Shown one piece after another: positions 30,005 through 39,192 of a DNA stretch of 64,000 nucleotides. The DNA is from Candidatus Electryonea clarkiae (lineage in GTDB: Bacteria > Electryoneota > Electryoneia > Electryoneales > Electryoneaceae), in the NCBI GenBank assembly GCA_030765455.1, contig JAVCCM010000101.1, forward strand, positions 28,794 to 92,793. The letters are read 5' to 3'. The translations under genes and the position numbers were made by a program. Each line of letters opens with the position of its first letter. Within the stretch, counting starts at the first letter, position 1. Under the pieces are notes generated by a model. It had not been told where the DNA came from. It saw only the letters and a program-made list of their open reading frames with translations, and ran no database searches.

Positions 30005-31078
30005 ATGGCTTCAAGAAAAGTCGGAGTACTAACTGGAGATAGTGTCCAGGAAGTGTTTGCGATTGCCAAGGAAAATGATTTTGCATTACCCGCAGTGAAC
30101 GTGGTAGGAACAAATACTATCAACGGCGCTATGGAAACCGCCCGTGAAGCAAACTCACCGATCATAATTCAACTTTCAAGCAGCGGAGCACATTTTTATG
30201 CGGGCAAGGGATTGTCCAATGATGGTCACCAGGCGATGATAGCCGGGGCTGTCTCAGCGGCAAAACATGTTCACCTGCTGGCGGAAATGTACGGGATACC
30301 GGTTATTATGCATACCGATCATGCTGCCCGGAAACTGCTGCCCTGGGTTGACGGAATGATTACAGCGAGCGAAGAGCATTATGAACAATTCGGTTATCCC
30401 CTTTTCAGCTCTCATATGATAGACCTCTCAGCAGAACCGATTGAAGACAACATTAATGAATGCCTGATTCGCCATGAGCGTATGAGCAAAATTGGCATGA
30501 CACTCGAAATCGAACTCGGTGTCACCGGCGGGGAAGAGGACGGCGTGGATAACACAGGTATTGATTCTTCAAAACTCTATACTCAACCTGAAGATGTTTG
30601 TTACGCATACGAGGAACTCGGAAAAATCAGCGACAGGTTCACTATTGCAGCTTCATTCGGAAACGTTCATGGTGTATATAAACCGGGAAATGTCCAACTT
30701 CAACCTGTCATCCTGAAAAACTGCCAGGAGTATATTGAGAAGAAACATGGCACCGGTCATAATCCTGCAAGTTTCGTTTTCCACGGTGGCTCCGGATCTT
30801 CTCAAGAGCAAATTCGTGAAGCAATCAGCTACGGCGCTATCAAGATGAACATAGACACCGACCAGCAATGGGCTTTCTCAATTGGTGCCAGGGATTATTT
30901 CAACGAGTACAGTGAGTACCTTAAAACCCAGATCGGCAACCCGGATGGTGATGACAAGCCGAATAAGAAGTATTATGATCCCAGGAAATGGCTGAGAAAA
31001 GCTGAAGAAACTTTCATAACAAGACTACGAGAAGCATTCGAAGATCTGAACGATATCAACAGAACTCCGCTTCTGTAA
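30005..31078 (+). CDS. fbaA: Class II fructose-bisphosphate aldolase
   Basis: AAAGGAG RBS. Class II FBA motifs: PAVNVVGTNTINGAMETAREANSPIIIQLSSSGAHF, HTDHAARKLLPWVDGMI and ELGVTGGEEDGVDN. Confidence 0.95.
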   Translation: MASRKVGVLTGDSVQEVFAIAKENDFALPAVNVVGTNTINGAMETAREANSPIIIQLSSSGAHFYAGKGLSNDGHQAMIAGAVSAAKHVHLLAEMYGIPVIMHTDHAARKLLPWVDGMITASEEHYEQFGYPLFSSHMIDLSAEPIEDNINECLIRHERMSKIGMTLEIELGVTGGEEDGVDNTGIDSSKLYTQPEDVCYAYEELGKISDRFTIAASFGNVHGVYKPGNVQLQPVILKNCQEYIEKKHGTGHNPASFVFHGGSGSSQEQIREAISYGAIKMNIDTDQQWAFSIGARDYFNEYSEYLKTQIGNPDGDDKPNKKYYDPRKWLRKAEETFITRLREAFEDLNDINRTPLL

Positions 31079-31166
31079 TTGTTAAAATCTTATATAATAT
31101 GTTTACAGTATTTATAATCCCGGGATACTTCTCGGATAACAACACACCAACGAAGGAGAAACAGGA

Positions 31167-31370
31167 ATGAGGATCACGATACAATTTGAGGTGAGCAAGG
31201 GATCTCATAGTTATGACCTTTCGGAAGATGACTTAAATCAGATATGTTCTGAAGGAAGGGTTTATATTGAACAGCAGGACCCAGAAAAAAGTTTGAGTAT
31301 TGGGGGAACTCCAGATGAACTTGAACTCCTTGCGGAAGCCTTAATGAATTGTGCAAATTCGAATCGTTAA
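31167..31370 (+). CDS. Small hypothetical protein (67 aa)
   Basis: RBS AAGGAGAAAC. No family recognised. Confidence 0.4.
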   Translation: MRITIQFEVSKGSHSYDLSEDDLNQICSEGRVYIEQQDPEKSLSIGGTPDELELLAEALMNCANSNR

Positions 31371-31797
31371 TCTGACTGATTGAAATTCAGCAGAAAGAAA
31401 AATACATTGGACCAACTCACATTTAATGCTGTGTTATTACTCGACTTGATCGAGTATTCCTTTGCTCTAACTTGTTGATAATGGTATATGCACGGGTCAT
31501 ACCTGAGAATGGCAAAACAGCTAGAGGCATGTGATCTGATCCACAATTTTTACAGTAATTTCGAGTAGATCGTTGTAAAATACGGATAGCTATGCCCACA
31601 TTTGAATAAATTGCTTATTTTCAAGGAGATTGTCAATAATTACTTGAAAATGCTATATCAGAAGATAGAAATATTATAGTCGAATTTTAAGCTTCATATA
31701 TTCTAAAGACAGTATAACCATTAAAATTCTTATAATAGTTTGTTTGTATTGTAAGATTTTGAACCTGAGTCAAAGATTGTTATTTTGGGATAATTTT

Positions 31798-33093
31798 ATG
31801 TCCATTTCAACAAAACATCAAATTGTTAACGGTGATAGCAGAAACATGTCAGAATTGGCTGACAATTCTGTAAATTTAATTATTACATCTCCTCCATATT
31901 GGCAACTGAAAGATTATGGGAATGATGAACAGATAGGCTATAATGATAGTTATGAAAATTATATAAACAATCTGAATTTAGTTTGGCAGGAAAGTTATCG
32001 AGTTTTAGATAACGGTTGCAGATTATGCATAAACATAGGTGATCAATTTGCACGAGCTGTTTATTATGGCAGATATAAAGTAATACCAATAAGAACAGAA
32101 ATCATAAAGTTCTGTGAAACTATTGGTTTAGATTATATGGGAGCAATAATATGGCAAAAAAGAACCACGACTAACACAACCGGTGGCGCAAGTGTGATGG
32201 GTAGTTTTCCATTTCCACGGAATGGGATTTTGTCAATTGATTATGAATTTATATTACTGTTTAAGAAACTCGGAAACCCCAAAAAACCAGATAAAGAATT
32301 AAAAGAGCAATCGAGACTCACGAAAGAGGAATGGAGGGAATATTTTTCGGGACATTGGTATTTTGGTGGTGTTAAGCAAGATGGTCATATGGCAATGTTT
32401 CCGGAAGAATTACCGCGACGATTAATTAAAATGTTCTCTTTTGTTGGTGATACTATTCTTGATCCATTTTTAGGTAGTGGCACAACATCCTTAGCTGCTA
32501 AAAACCTGGACAGAAATTCTGCTGGATATGAAATAAATTCTGAATTTATACCTTACATCAAGAAGAAATTGAATTTTGAACAACAGGATTTATTGCAGAC
32601 AGAGTATCAGTTTTTCACTCAAGAGAATGAAGATCATAGATTTGATGCAAGAATCAGTAATTTGCCATACATTTTTAAAGATACACATAAATTAGACAAA
32701 AAAATTGATCCTAAAAATCTACAATTTGGATCTAAAATTGACAAGAACTCTAATCAAAGAGAAGAATATTATAGTGTTAAAGATATTATTTCTACCGAGA
32801 ATTTTATGCTCAACAATGGACTTAGAATTCGATTATTAGGCATTAAAAGCAATGAAACACAAGATGGAAATGCAAGGGATTTTTTATTAAAGAAACTGAA
32901 AAATCAAAAAGTGTTTTTGAAATTTGATAAACTCAAACATGATTCCGAGAATAATCTATTCTGTTATTTATACCTGAAAAATAAGACTTTTATAAATGCT
33001 CACTTGATAAAAAATGGTTATGCAAAAGCAGACAGGGATATTGAATTCAAGTATAAAAATAAATTTATTGGATTGGAACAACATCATGGATAA
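31798..33093 (+). CDS. Beta-class DNA methyltransferase (SPPY motif: N4-cytosine or N6-adenine) with a C-terminal degenerate staphylococcal-nuclease-like domain
   Basis: Motif IV NLIITSPPY precedes motif I DTILDPFLGSGTT. Residues 300-432 align to the SNase fold (LRIRLLGIKSNE, ARDFLLKKLKNQKVFLKFDK, NLFCYLYLKNKTFINAHLIKNGYAKA) but lack the catalytic Asp and Arg residues. Start set at ATG 31798. Confidence 0.85.
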   Translation: MSISTKHQIVNGDSRNMSELADNSVNLIITSPPYWQLKDYGNDEQIGYNDSYENYINNLNLVWQESYRVLDNGCRLCINIGDQFARAVYYGRYKVIPIRTEIIKFCETIGLDYMGAIIWQKRTTTNTTGGASVMGSFPFPRNGILSIDYEFILLFKKLGNPKKPDKELKEQSRLTKEEWREYFSGHWYFGGVKQDGHMAMFPEELPRRLIKMFSFVGDTILDPFLGSGTTSLAAKNLDRNSAGYEINSEFIPYIKKKLNFEQQDLLQTEYQFFTQENEDHRFDARISNLPYIFKDTHKLDKKIDPKNLQFGSKIDKNSNQREEYYSVKDIISTENFMLNNGLRIRLLGIKSNETQDGNARDFLLKKLKNQKVFLKFDKLKHDSENNLFCYLYLKNKTFINAHLIKNGYAKADRDIEFKYKNKFIGLEQHHG

Positions 33094-33790
33094 GGAATGG
33101 ATCAAGGGAAACGAAGGTCGCAATCTCAAATTTAAGAGAGAAACCCTGTTAAATTATGGAATGAACAGATGGGGTTTGAATAAAGCTCACAGCGTAGGTT
33201 CTACATCTGAATTAATAAGAGCATGCACTCCTAGTTCTTTTGAAGATTGGGAAGGATTCTATTTTAAAAATGCCAGGCAAAAGAAAAAAGATGGCATTAA
33301 TATAACAAAGGAATACATAACAGGTTTAGGACAAACTCTATATATAAAATTGTCAGAAGTTATTCAGAATGAATTAGAATCAATACAAGAGGAAGAATGT
33401 ATTGACTATGCATACAACCTAATTCTAAACCGGACTTATGAAGGTTATAGAGCTGAAATTGATACTATCTACGGCCAATTAGAAGGCATTCTGAAAATAA
33501 AAATTGATCCAGCACCTGATAAATGGGATAGAACTTATAATGTTGATTTTTGCATTGAAGTAAAAGATCGGTTTATTGGAATACAAATTAAACCGATATC
33601 GACAGGAATTCCTTTAGACCATTATCAATGGGAAGAAATGCATCGTAAAAATCATGAAAGATTCTTTCATGATCAAGGTGGAAAAGTATTTTTCGTATTC
33701 TCTGTCAAATCAACTGGTAAAAAGAAAATAATTCATAATGTTGAAGTAATTGATGAGATTCAAAAAGAAATAGATAGATTGAGTAAATAA
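33086..33790 (+). CDS. Probable type II restriction endonuclease (PD-(D/E)xK)
   Basis: Start overlaps the MTase stop (ATGGATAA). Putative catalytic YNVDFCIEVKDRF (D...E-x-K). AT-rich, low-GC context. Confidence 0.55.
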   Translation: MDKEWIKGNEGRNLKFKRETLLNYGMNRWGLNKAHSVGSTSELIRACTPSSFEDWEGFYFKNARQKKKDGINITKEYITGLGQTLYIKLSEVIQNELESIQEEECIDYAYNLILNRTYEGYRAEIDTIYGQLEGILKIKIDPAPDKWDRTYNVDFCIEVKDRFIGIQIKPISTGIPLDHYQWEEMHRKNHERFFHDQGGKVFFVFSVKSTGKKKIIHNVEVIDEIQKEIDRLSK

Positions 33791-33794
33791 TTTG

Positions 33795-34058
33795 ATGAGT
33801 TCAGAAGCGCCTGGAATGAATATTTCAGAAGTTGAGGTAACAAATATTTCTGCTCATGGCATATGGGTGCTTGTGAGTGGTAAAGAATATTTCATGTCCT
33901 ACAAAGATTTTCCCTGGTTTGAAGAAGCGCCGGTGGGGAAAATAATTAATGTTGTTGAATTGTCTTCGGGTCATCTCTATTGGCGAGAGCTTGATATCGA
34001 TCTGAGTCTTGAGTCGATTAAACATCCGGAACGTTTTCCATTAATAACAAAGCTATAG
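33795..34058 (+). CDS. DUF2442-family small protein
   Basis: HGIWVLVSGKEYFMSYKDFPWFEEAPVGKIINVVELSSGHLYWRELDIDLSLESIKHPERFPL matches the DUF2442 consensus. No DUF4160 partner present. Confidence 0.6.
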   Translation: MSSEAPGMNISEVEVTNISAHGIWVLVSGKEYFMSYKDFPWFEEAPVGKIINVVELSSGHLYWRELDIDLSLESIKHPERFPLITKL

Positions 34059-34156
34059 AATAAGAATACGATAAGTACAGTTTGTACATTATTCAGAATG
34101 TGCAGGATTTATCGAAATCCTTATTTTACAACAGTCTCAGTTTAATACATAGATTC

Positions 34157-36634
34157 TTAATATCTCGCTGTAAGTGTTACAAAATAATTCCGCTCCGCTC
34201 CGACGAAATAGAAATTCTCCCCTTCCCAGGAATCGTACCAGCCTGCTGTTTCGTATTCTTCATCGAGCAGGTTGTTTGCCCTGAATTTGATTTCCCATCC
34301 ACTCAAAGGAATATTTTCAGGAACTTTATATGACATACTCAAACCAAGAAGCGAGAAAGGATCAATTGTACGATCTTCATCCTCAGTATTATCGAGGTAT
34401 TGTTTGCCGACGTAACGCAAATTGATTCCAGGGACAAAACCCATCCAATAATAACTTACCCCGCCATGGAGCATGATACTTGGGAATAATGCGATATGAT
34501 TATCGGACAGATCGATTGTTTCAGTACCTATTGGATTCCAGTCATCATCATATAGTTGGTTATAGGTTAAATACTCAGTCAACCTGTCGTCTGAAATGGA
34601 AGCATTCAACCAAGCCTTGGTTTCACGTATAGGCTTCACAACCGCTTCGAATTCCAAGCCGCGATGAACCGATCTGTCAGCATTATCTTTAACCGGGGCA
34701 CCATCATTTACACCACCGTATGGAATAATCGCATTCTTATATTCCATCCAGTATGCGCCAAGCTTGAATTTGTACCAGTCAGCTTTGAACGATGTACCCA
34801 GCTCGAAATCAATTAATTGTTCAGGTTCTACAATCGGGCCAGACCATTCAATTCTTTCAACCTGACCCCCAGATCTGATCGTGTCCGGTGTATTAAATAG
34901 TGGATCTTTTCCCAGATCATCCGGACCTTGCCAAACATCCCAGTATTCATCGTTATACGGCGCACGATGCGTTAATCCAACACCTCCGAAAAGATTCAAT
35001 TCATTTGTCATATCGTAAGATAATCCGAATTTTGGATTTAGAAATGTGTAATTGATATTAAAAGCATTCAATTCCTCGTTCTGGAAATTTGCCATTGGAG
35101 TTTGCTTAAAAGAATATGTTTTGTGCCTGAACTCAAGGTCACCTATCAACCTCGTTTTGTCATTGAGACGATATAGATCATGAACGAACAATCCTGCCTG
35201 ACTAACCTGTCCGTTATAAGCATAATACTGATGCTGAGGCTCAGCTCCAGGTGGTAGTTGATCACCCCAGATCACATACCCGAAATGATCTCCCTGGTAC
35301 CACTGTAGATCACCGCCGACTTGAAGAGTATTCTTCTCCTGTTCCCAGATCAGTCTCGGAACCCAGCCCACATGATTTTTCTTCACCCATTTCTGGTTGA
35401 CCAAGTCTGTTTCTGTGATAGTGTCGGTAGGTGTATAAAACTCCTGGTAACCAAAATCCTCCAGGTCTTCACCTGATTTATACTGTTCGTAATATCCCTC
35501 GCCCCTGATATAAAACAGGCTGTTTTCGATCTGGATATTCGGATTCAGGGTGTAGCTGTGATGGAGTTCGTAATGAGGTTGATAGAAATTGTCAATTGTG
35601 TTTTCATAAGTATAAGGATTGTGTTTTCTGTTTTTGTTTATATCACTTTCTGCTGAAGCGTTCCAGGCAGCATGCGTTAATTCTGGTCCACCATAAACAT
35701 TTATCGTAAGTTTACTTCTCTGCCAGTATCTCGTTGCAGTCAGGAAATAACTCCATAACTCCACACCGCTCCTGTCACGATATCCGTCTGTCTGGATTCG
35801 GGAAAATCTGCCGTACATCCCATAGGTGTTGTTAATTAATCCTGAATTATATGCAAGTCCCCATTTCCTGGTATTAAAACTTCCTCCTCCAAAAGTTGCT
35901 TCAAGCTGAGGTTCCGCCAATTGCGGCGACAATGTAAGAAGGTTGATTGTCCCACCAAATCCTCCGGTGCCATACGGTGAGTAACCTACTCCACGCTGCA
36001 CCTGGGCATCCTCCAAATTAGCAGCGAGGTCTGGCATATCGACCCAGTAAACCTGTCCATCTTCGGGATCGTTGAGCGGAATATTATTTATTGTAACAGC
36101 AATACGGGTCTGATCGAATCCCCTGATCTTTACATTGGAATAGCCAATCCCATTACCGGCATCCGAATATGAATAAACCCCGGGAATAGATTCGAGCAAC
36201 ATCGGGATATCCTGTGCCCAATATGTTTCTCTCATTTGAATGCCAGACATATTTGAAAATGATGCAGGAGCTATTCCTTCAACTGCACGGCTTGCTGTAA
36301 TCACAACATCATCGGTGGAAATCAGGGCATGGGATAGCGAAAGTACAAAATCGGATATGTCACTCACCAGATTAACATTAATTTTATTAACATGATATCC
36401 AAGAAAACTCGCTGAAATTTTATAATTACCGGGATTGATACCATGGAAACTGAAAATACCGTTCTGATCTGTCACAGTACCTGTTCCGGTTCCTTCAATG
36501 ATAACATGAGCGCCTCTCAATGGTTTACCGGATGTTTTATCCCTGACCTCACCGGCGATGTCAAAAGCATAGGAAGAAATGACAAAGAATAAACACAAGA
36601 AGAGATAAAACAACAAAATTACGGTACGTTTCAT
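34157..36634 (-). CDS. TonB-dependent outer membrane receptor (CarboxypepD_reg + plug + barrel), probably for thiamine or a thiamine precursor
   Basis: Signal peptide MKRTVILLFYLFLCLFF. TonB box region. 825 aa barrel. TPP riboswitch in the 5' leader. Start ATG 36634 with a GAGGG RBS. Confidence 0.9.
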   Translation of the reverse strand: MKRTVILLFYLFLCLFFVISSYAFDIAGEVRDKTSGKPLRGAHVIIEGTGTGTVTDQNGIFSFHGINPGNYKISASFLGYHVNKINVNLVSDISDFVLSLSHALISTDDVVITASRAVEGIAPASFSNMSGIQMRETYWAQDIPMLLESIPGVYSYSDAGNGIGYSNVKIRGFDQTRIAVTINNIPLNDPEDGQVYWVDMPDLAANLEDAQVQRGVGYSPYGTGGFGGTINLLTLSPQLAEPQLEATFGGGSFNTRKWGLAYNSGLINNTYGMYGRFSRIQTDGYRDRSGVELWSYFLTATRYWQRSKLTINVYGGPELTHAAWNASAESDINKNRKHNPYTYENTIDNFYQPHYELHHSYTLNPNIQIENSLFYIRGEGYYEQYKSGEDLEDFGYQEFYTPTDTITETDLVNQKWVKKNHVGWVPRLIWEQEKNTLQVGGDLQWYQGDHFGYVIWGDQLPPGAEPQHQYYAYNGQVSQAGLFVHDLYRLNDKTRLIGDLEFRHKTYSFKQTPMANFQNEELNAFNINYTFLNPKFGLSYDMTNELNLFGGVGLTHRAPYNDEYWDVWQGPDDLGKDPLFNTPDTIRSGGQVERIEWSGPIVEPEQLIDFELGTSFKADWYKFKLGAYWMEYKNAIIPYGGVNDGAPVKDNADRSVHRGLEFEAVVKPIRETKAWLNASISDDRLTEYLTYNQLYDDDWNPIGTETIDLSDNHIALFPSIMLHGGVSYYWMGFVPGINLRYVGKQYLDNTEDEDRTIDPFSLLGLSMSYKVPENIPLSGWEIKFRANNLLDEEYETAGWYDSWEGENFYFVGAERNYFVTLTARY

Positions 36635-36690
36635 GTTACCCTCGAAAACCATGACCAATTTGAAAGTCGGGGGGTGAATAAACGGAAATA

Positions 36691-36709
36691 CCCGCCGGGG
36701 AGAGCGGGC
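36691..36709 (-). terminator. Putative expression-platform terminator hairpin of the TPP riboswitch (GCCCGCUCUCCCCGGCGGG followed by a U-rich tract)
   Basis: Hairpin plus UAUUUCCGUUUAUU on the minus strand, between the aptamer and the start codon. Confidence 0.35.
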
Positions 36710-36742
36710 AGAAAGGAGATAATCATGCAAAAGGAATAAATC

Positions 36743-36830
36743 GCCCTGTTTCCTACGCCAGCATTAACCGGATCAGGTTCCACGGGTGTATTCTCAGACT
36801 CGTCGTCGAGACGAACCACCCCGAAGCAGC
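36743..36830 (-). promoter_or_regulatory. TPP (THI-box) riboswitch aptamer
   Basis: Minus-strand RNA reads CUUCGGGGUGG...CUGAGAAUACACCCGUGGAACCUGAUCCGGUUAAUGCUGGCGUAGGAAACAGG. This matches the THI-box consensus (GGGGUG, CUGAGA, ACCC, GAACCUGAUC-GG-UAAUGCC/UGGCGUAGGGAA). Confidence 0.8.
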
Positions 36831-37072
36831 AATTTCAAGATAGATAAATTATACAAGAGGGTCAAGCAGGCGCAGAAATAATTGAGATGCATGATTATTT
36901 TGCATTAATGACAAGTAGGTAGATTGGTTAACGTTGTTCAAAAGTTACCTGGGATTGAATTTATGATGGCAAAAAATCTCTCAAGGATTGACATTATGTT
37001 GTTTAAAAGCTCCAGCGGAGCGAAATCATGTAGCACGGTGCGTAAGCGCCGGGAGGTGAAGTAATAATTATT

Positions 37073-37134
37073 GCAGCCCTGCAGGGGCGAAAGCAAACAG
37101 CATTCACTATCAATCTCTTTCGCCCTTGCAGGGC
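37073..37134. repeat. Long hairpin: 18 bp inverted repeat GCCCTGCAGGGGCGAAAG / CTTTCGCCCTTGCAGGGC (one G-U wobble) with a 23 nt loop
   Basis: Read directly from the sequence. Lies just 5' of the tandem-repeat block. Confidence 0.5.
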
Positions 37135-37179
37135 TTGGGATATATTGGATCAATTCACTCCCCCGGCTTACGCCGAGGG

Positions 37180-37440
37180 CTACATGCTTTCAACCCTTTG
37201 GGTTTACATGTTTTCGACCCTTCTGGGCTACCATACATTCGAACCTTTGGGATTACATGTTTTCGACCCTTCTGGGCTACCATACATTCGAACCTTTGGG
37301 TTTACATGTTTTCGATCCTTCTGGACTATCATACATTCGAACCATTGGGTCTACATGTTTTCAACCTTTATGGCTACTATACATTCGACCCTTTGGATTT
37401 ACATGCTTTTGATCCTTTGGGTCTATTATATGACTCAAAC
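37180..37440. repeat. Tandem repeat, about 5 copies of a 49 bp unit (TACATGTTTTCGACCCTTCTGGGCTACCATACATTCGAACCTTTGGGTT) with an internal 24-25 bp sub-periodicity
   Basis: Copies at 37206, 37255, 37304 and 37353 plus flanking partial units. Three overlapping spurious ORFs in all three + frames are a by-product. Confidence 0.8.
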
Positions 37441-38712
37441 ACTAATGCCATGCCTACGGCTGCGCACCCCCCCGGCGAAACCTAGTATGTCTTCTCCATA
37501 AGTATCCCTTAATGAATCAAGTGCCTTGTACATTTTCAATCTTTTACAGACGGTTTCAGCATAAAAAAGATCCTCCTGAACGCCATTACCTTCTCCCGGA
37601 CGAAAAAGACGGGATACACTTATTCCGATCAGACGAACCGGCATTTCTCCCTCTTTCCATAGATCGCTAAGTAAAACACTTGCAACTTTGTAGATCTCCT
37701 GGGCATCATCAGTTTGATGAACCAGCGCTCGCTGATGTGAGTATGTTTTAAAGTTTGAGGTACGCAGTTTCAGGGTTACGACCTTTCCAAGATAGTTTTC
37801 TCTTCGCATTCTCCTTGTAGCTTTATCACAAAGGTGAAGCAGTTTTCCATGTAGAATATCACAACGCTCAACATTGGTCATAAATGTATGCTCATGACCC
37901 ATAGATTTATCATCAGGTCTTTCCTCGAGGCCTGTAATCTTGTCCCCACCTTTGCCTTGCGCCATTTTGATCAGAGCTTCACCGTTCACTCCAATCTTTG
38001 CTTTCATTAATTTAACAGGATAGTCCGCCAGTTGAGCCACGGTGCGTATTCCCATCCCGGCAAGTGTCTTCCTTGTTGACTCCCCTACGCCGGGTATCTT
38101 TTCGACCGGCAGTGGACCCAACACATTCCTTACATCATGGGCTTCAATGACAGCCAGCCCGTCAGGTTTATTAAGGTCTGATGCCATTTTTGCTACTATC
38201 CGCGAAGGACCGATACCCACCGAAGCTGTCAGGTTGAGTGTGTTCTTGATTGCATTCTTTACAGCTCTGCCATATTCCTCCGCTCCACCCCAGAGCTGTG
38301 CGCATCCGGTCGCATCAAGAAAGGCTTCGTCAATGCTGTACGGTTCCACCTGTGGGCTGTATCGTCTCATCAGCGCCATCAACCGTAATGATACCCAGGT
38401 GTATTTGCCGCTAAATGTTTTCAGGTAAATCCCATCCGGGCAGAGCCTGCCTGCCAGCGACAGGGACATCCCAGAGTGCACGCCGTACTTCCGTGCAGGA
38501 TAATTACATGTTGTAACTACCCCTCTGCTACCTTTGGGACCGCCGATAATGACAGGTTTTCCCTTTATCGAAGGGTTGTCCTTTTCCTCGATTGCGGCAA
38601 AGAATGCATCCATATCCACATGAAGAATCAGGCTGGATTCTTTCAGTTTCCCGGTTTTTTTGCGTCTTCCCGCTTCTGCGCGCATTTTCTGACTGACAAT
38701 TGGGTTTATCAT
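37435..38712 (-). CDS. dinB: DNA polymerase IV (Y-family)
   Basis: ILHVDMDAFFAAIE, PVIIGG, RGVVTTCNYPARKYGV and little-finger region. 425 aa. Confidence 0.9.
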   Translation of the reverse strand: MINPIVSQKMRAEAGRRKKTGKLKESSLILHVDMDAFFAAIEEKDNPSIKGKPVIIGGPKGSRGVVTTCNYPARKYGVHSGMSLSLAGRLCPDGIYLKTFSGKYTWVSLRLMALMRRYSPQVEPYSIDEAFLDATGCAQLWGGAEEYGRAVKNAIKNTLNLTASVGIGPSRIVAKMASDLNKPDGLAVIEAHDVRNVLGPLPVEKIPGVGESTRKTLAGMGIRTVAQLADYPVKLMKAKIGVNGEALIKMAQGKGGDKITGLEERPDDKSMGHEHTFMTNVERCDILHGKLLHLCDKATRRMRRENYLGKVVTLKLRTSNFKTYSHQRALVHQTDDAQEIYKVASVLLSDLWKEGEMPVRLIGISVSRLFRPGEGNGVQEDLFYAETVCKRLKMYKALDSLRDTYGEDILGFAGGVRSRRHGISV

Positions 38713-38754
38713 GATAATTAAGAATTATGAATTAGGAATTTAAAAACAACCACC

Positions 38755-38849
38755 GACGTCATTGCGAACGAAGTGAAGCAATCCCAAATGATTAACATAC
38801 AATACTCTCAAGAATAAAAAAGATTGCTTCACTCGTTCGCAATGACGTC
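38755..38849. promoter_or_regulatory. 28-29 bp near-perfect inverted repeat (GACGTCATTGCGAACGAAGTGAAGCAATC ... GATTGCTTCACTCGTTCGCAATGACGTC) with a 39 nt spacer, upstream of dinB. A third partial copy (TTCGCAATGAC) sits at 38860
   Basis: Read directly from the sequence. Located 43 bp upstream of the dinB start. Confidence 0.55.
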
Positions 38850-38937
38850 CTGGCTTCTTTCGCAATGACAACCTGCCTATACTATTATGTAACAGCTATT
38901 CATCTTTTACACTTTATGCTTGTACGCTTTCTCACGG

Positions 38938-39192
38938 TTATCCAACAAGGCATACCCTCGCCAGCATCCATACCTTGTTGATGGTATTGAAGGTTACCTC
39001 ATACACATCCGGGCCGGTGGTCATGACTGAAAAATGGTGAAACCTTGTTTGCCCCTGATCGGACACCCATTCACCATTCACTCTTTCCACTCGATAGACC
39101 CTGTCTTTCCAACGGAATTTCAGAGGCTGAATGCGTCCGTCGCGAAACAATGCGATGACTTCAACTTTGTCGCCAATGTCTTCATATCTCAT
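38938..39192 (-). CDS. Small hypothetical protein (84 aa from ATG 39192; the listed TTG extension is unlikely)
   Basis: MRYEDIGDKVEVIALFRDGRIQPLKFRWKDRVYRVERVNGEWVSD... No family recognised. Weak RBS. Confidence 0.4.
   Translation of the reverse strand: MRYEDIGDKVEVIALFRDGRIQPLKFRWKDRVYRVERVNGEWVSDQGQTRFHHFSVMTTGPDVYEVTFNTINKVWMLARVCLVG

Noticed and set aside
36631-36819. 62-aa minus-strand ORF upstream of the TonB-dependent receptor
   Set aside because: Overlaps the TPP riboswitch aptamer and its terminator, so it is non-coding leader.
37071-37501. Three overlapping + strand ORFs and a possible CRISPR array over the periodic repeats
   Set aside because: The alternating 24-25 bp units are all mutually similar (a 49 bp tandem repeat), so there are no unique spacers. 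The ORFs in all three frames are repeat artefacts. No cas genes are present in the window.
38755-38849. LexA/Cheo box upstream of dinB
   Set aside because: GAAC and GTTC occur only as distant halves within a 28 bp inverted repeat, not as a compact CGAACRNRYGTTYC site. Reported as a generic inverted repeat instead.
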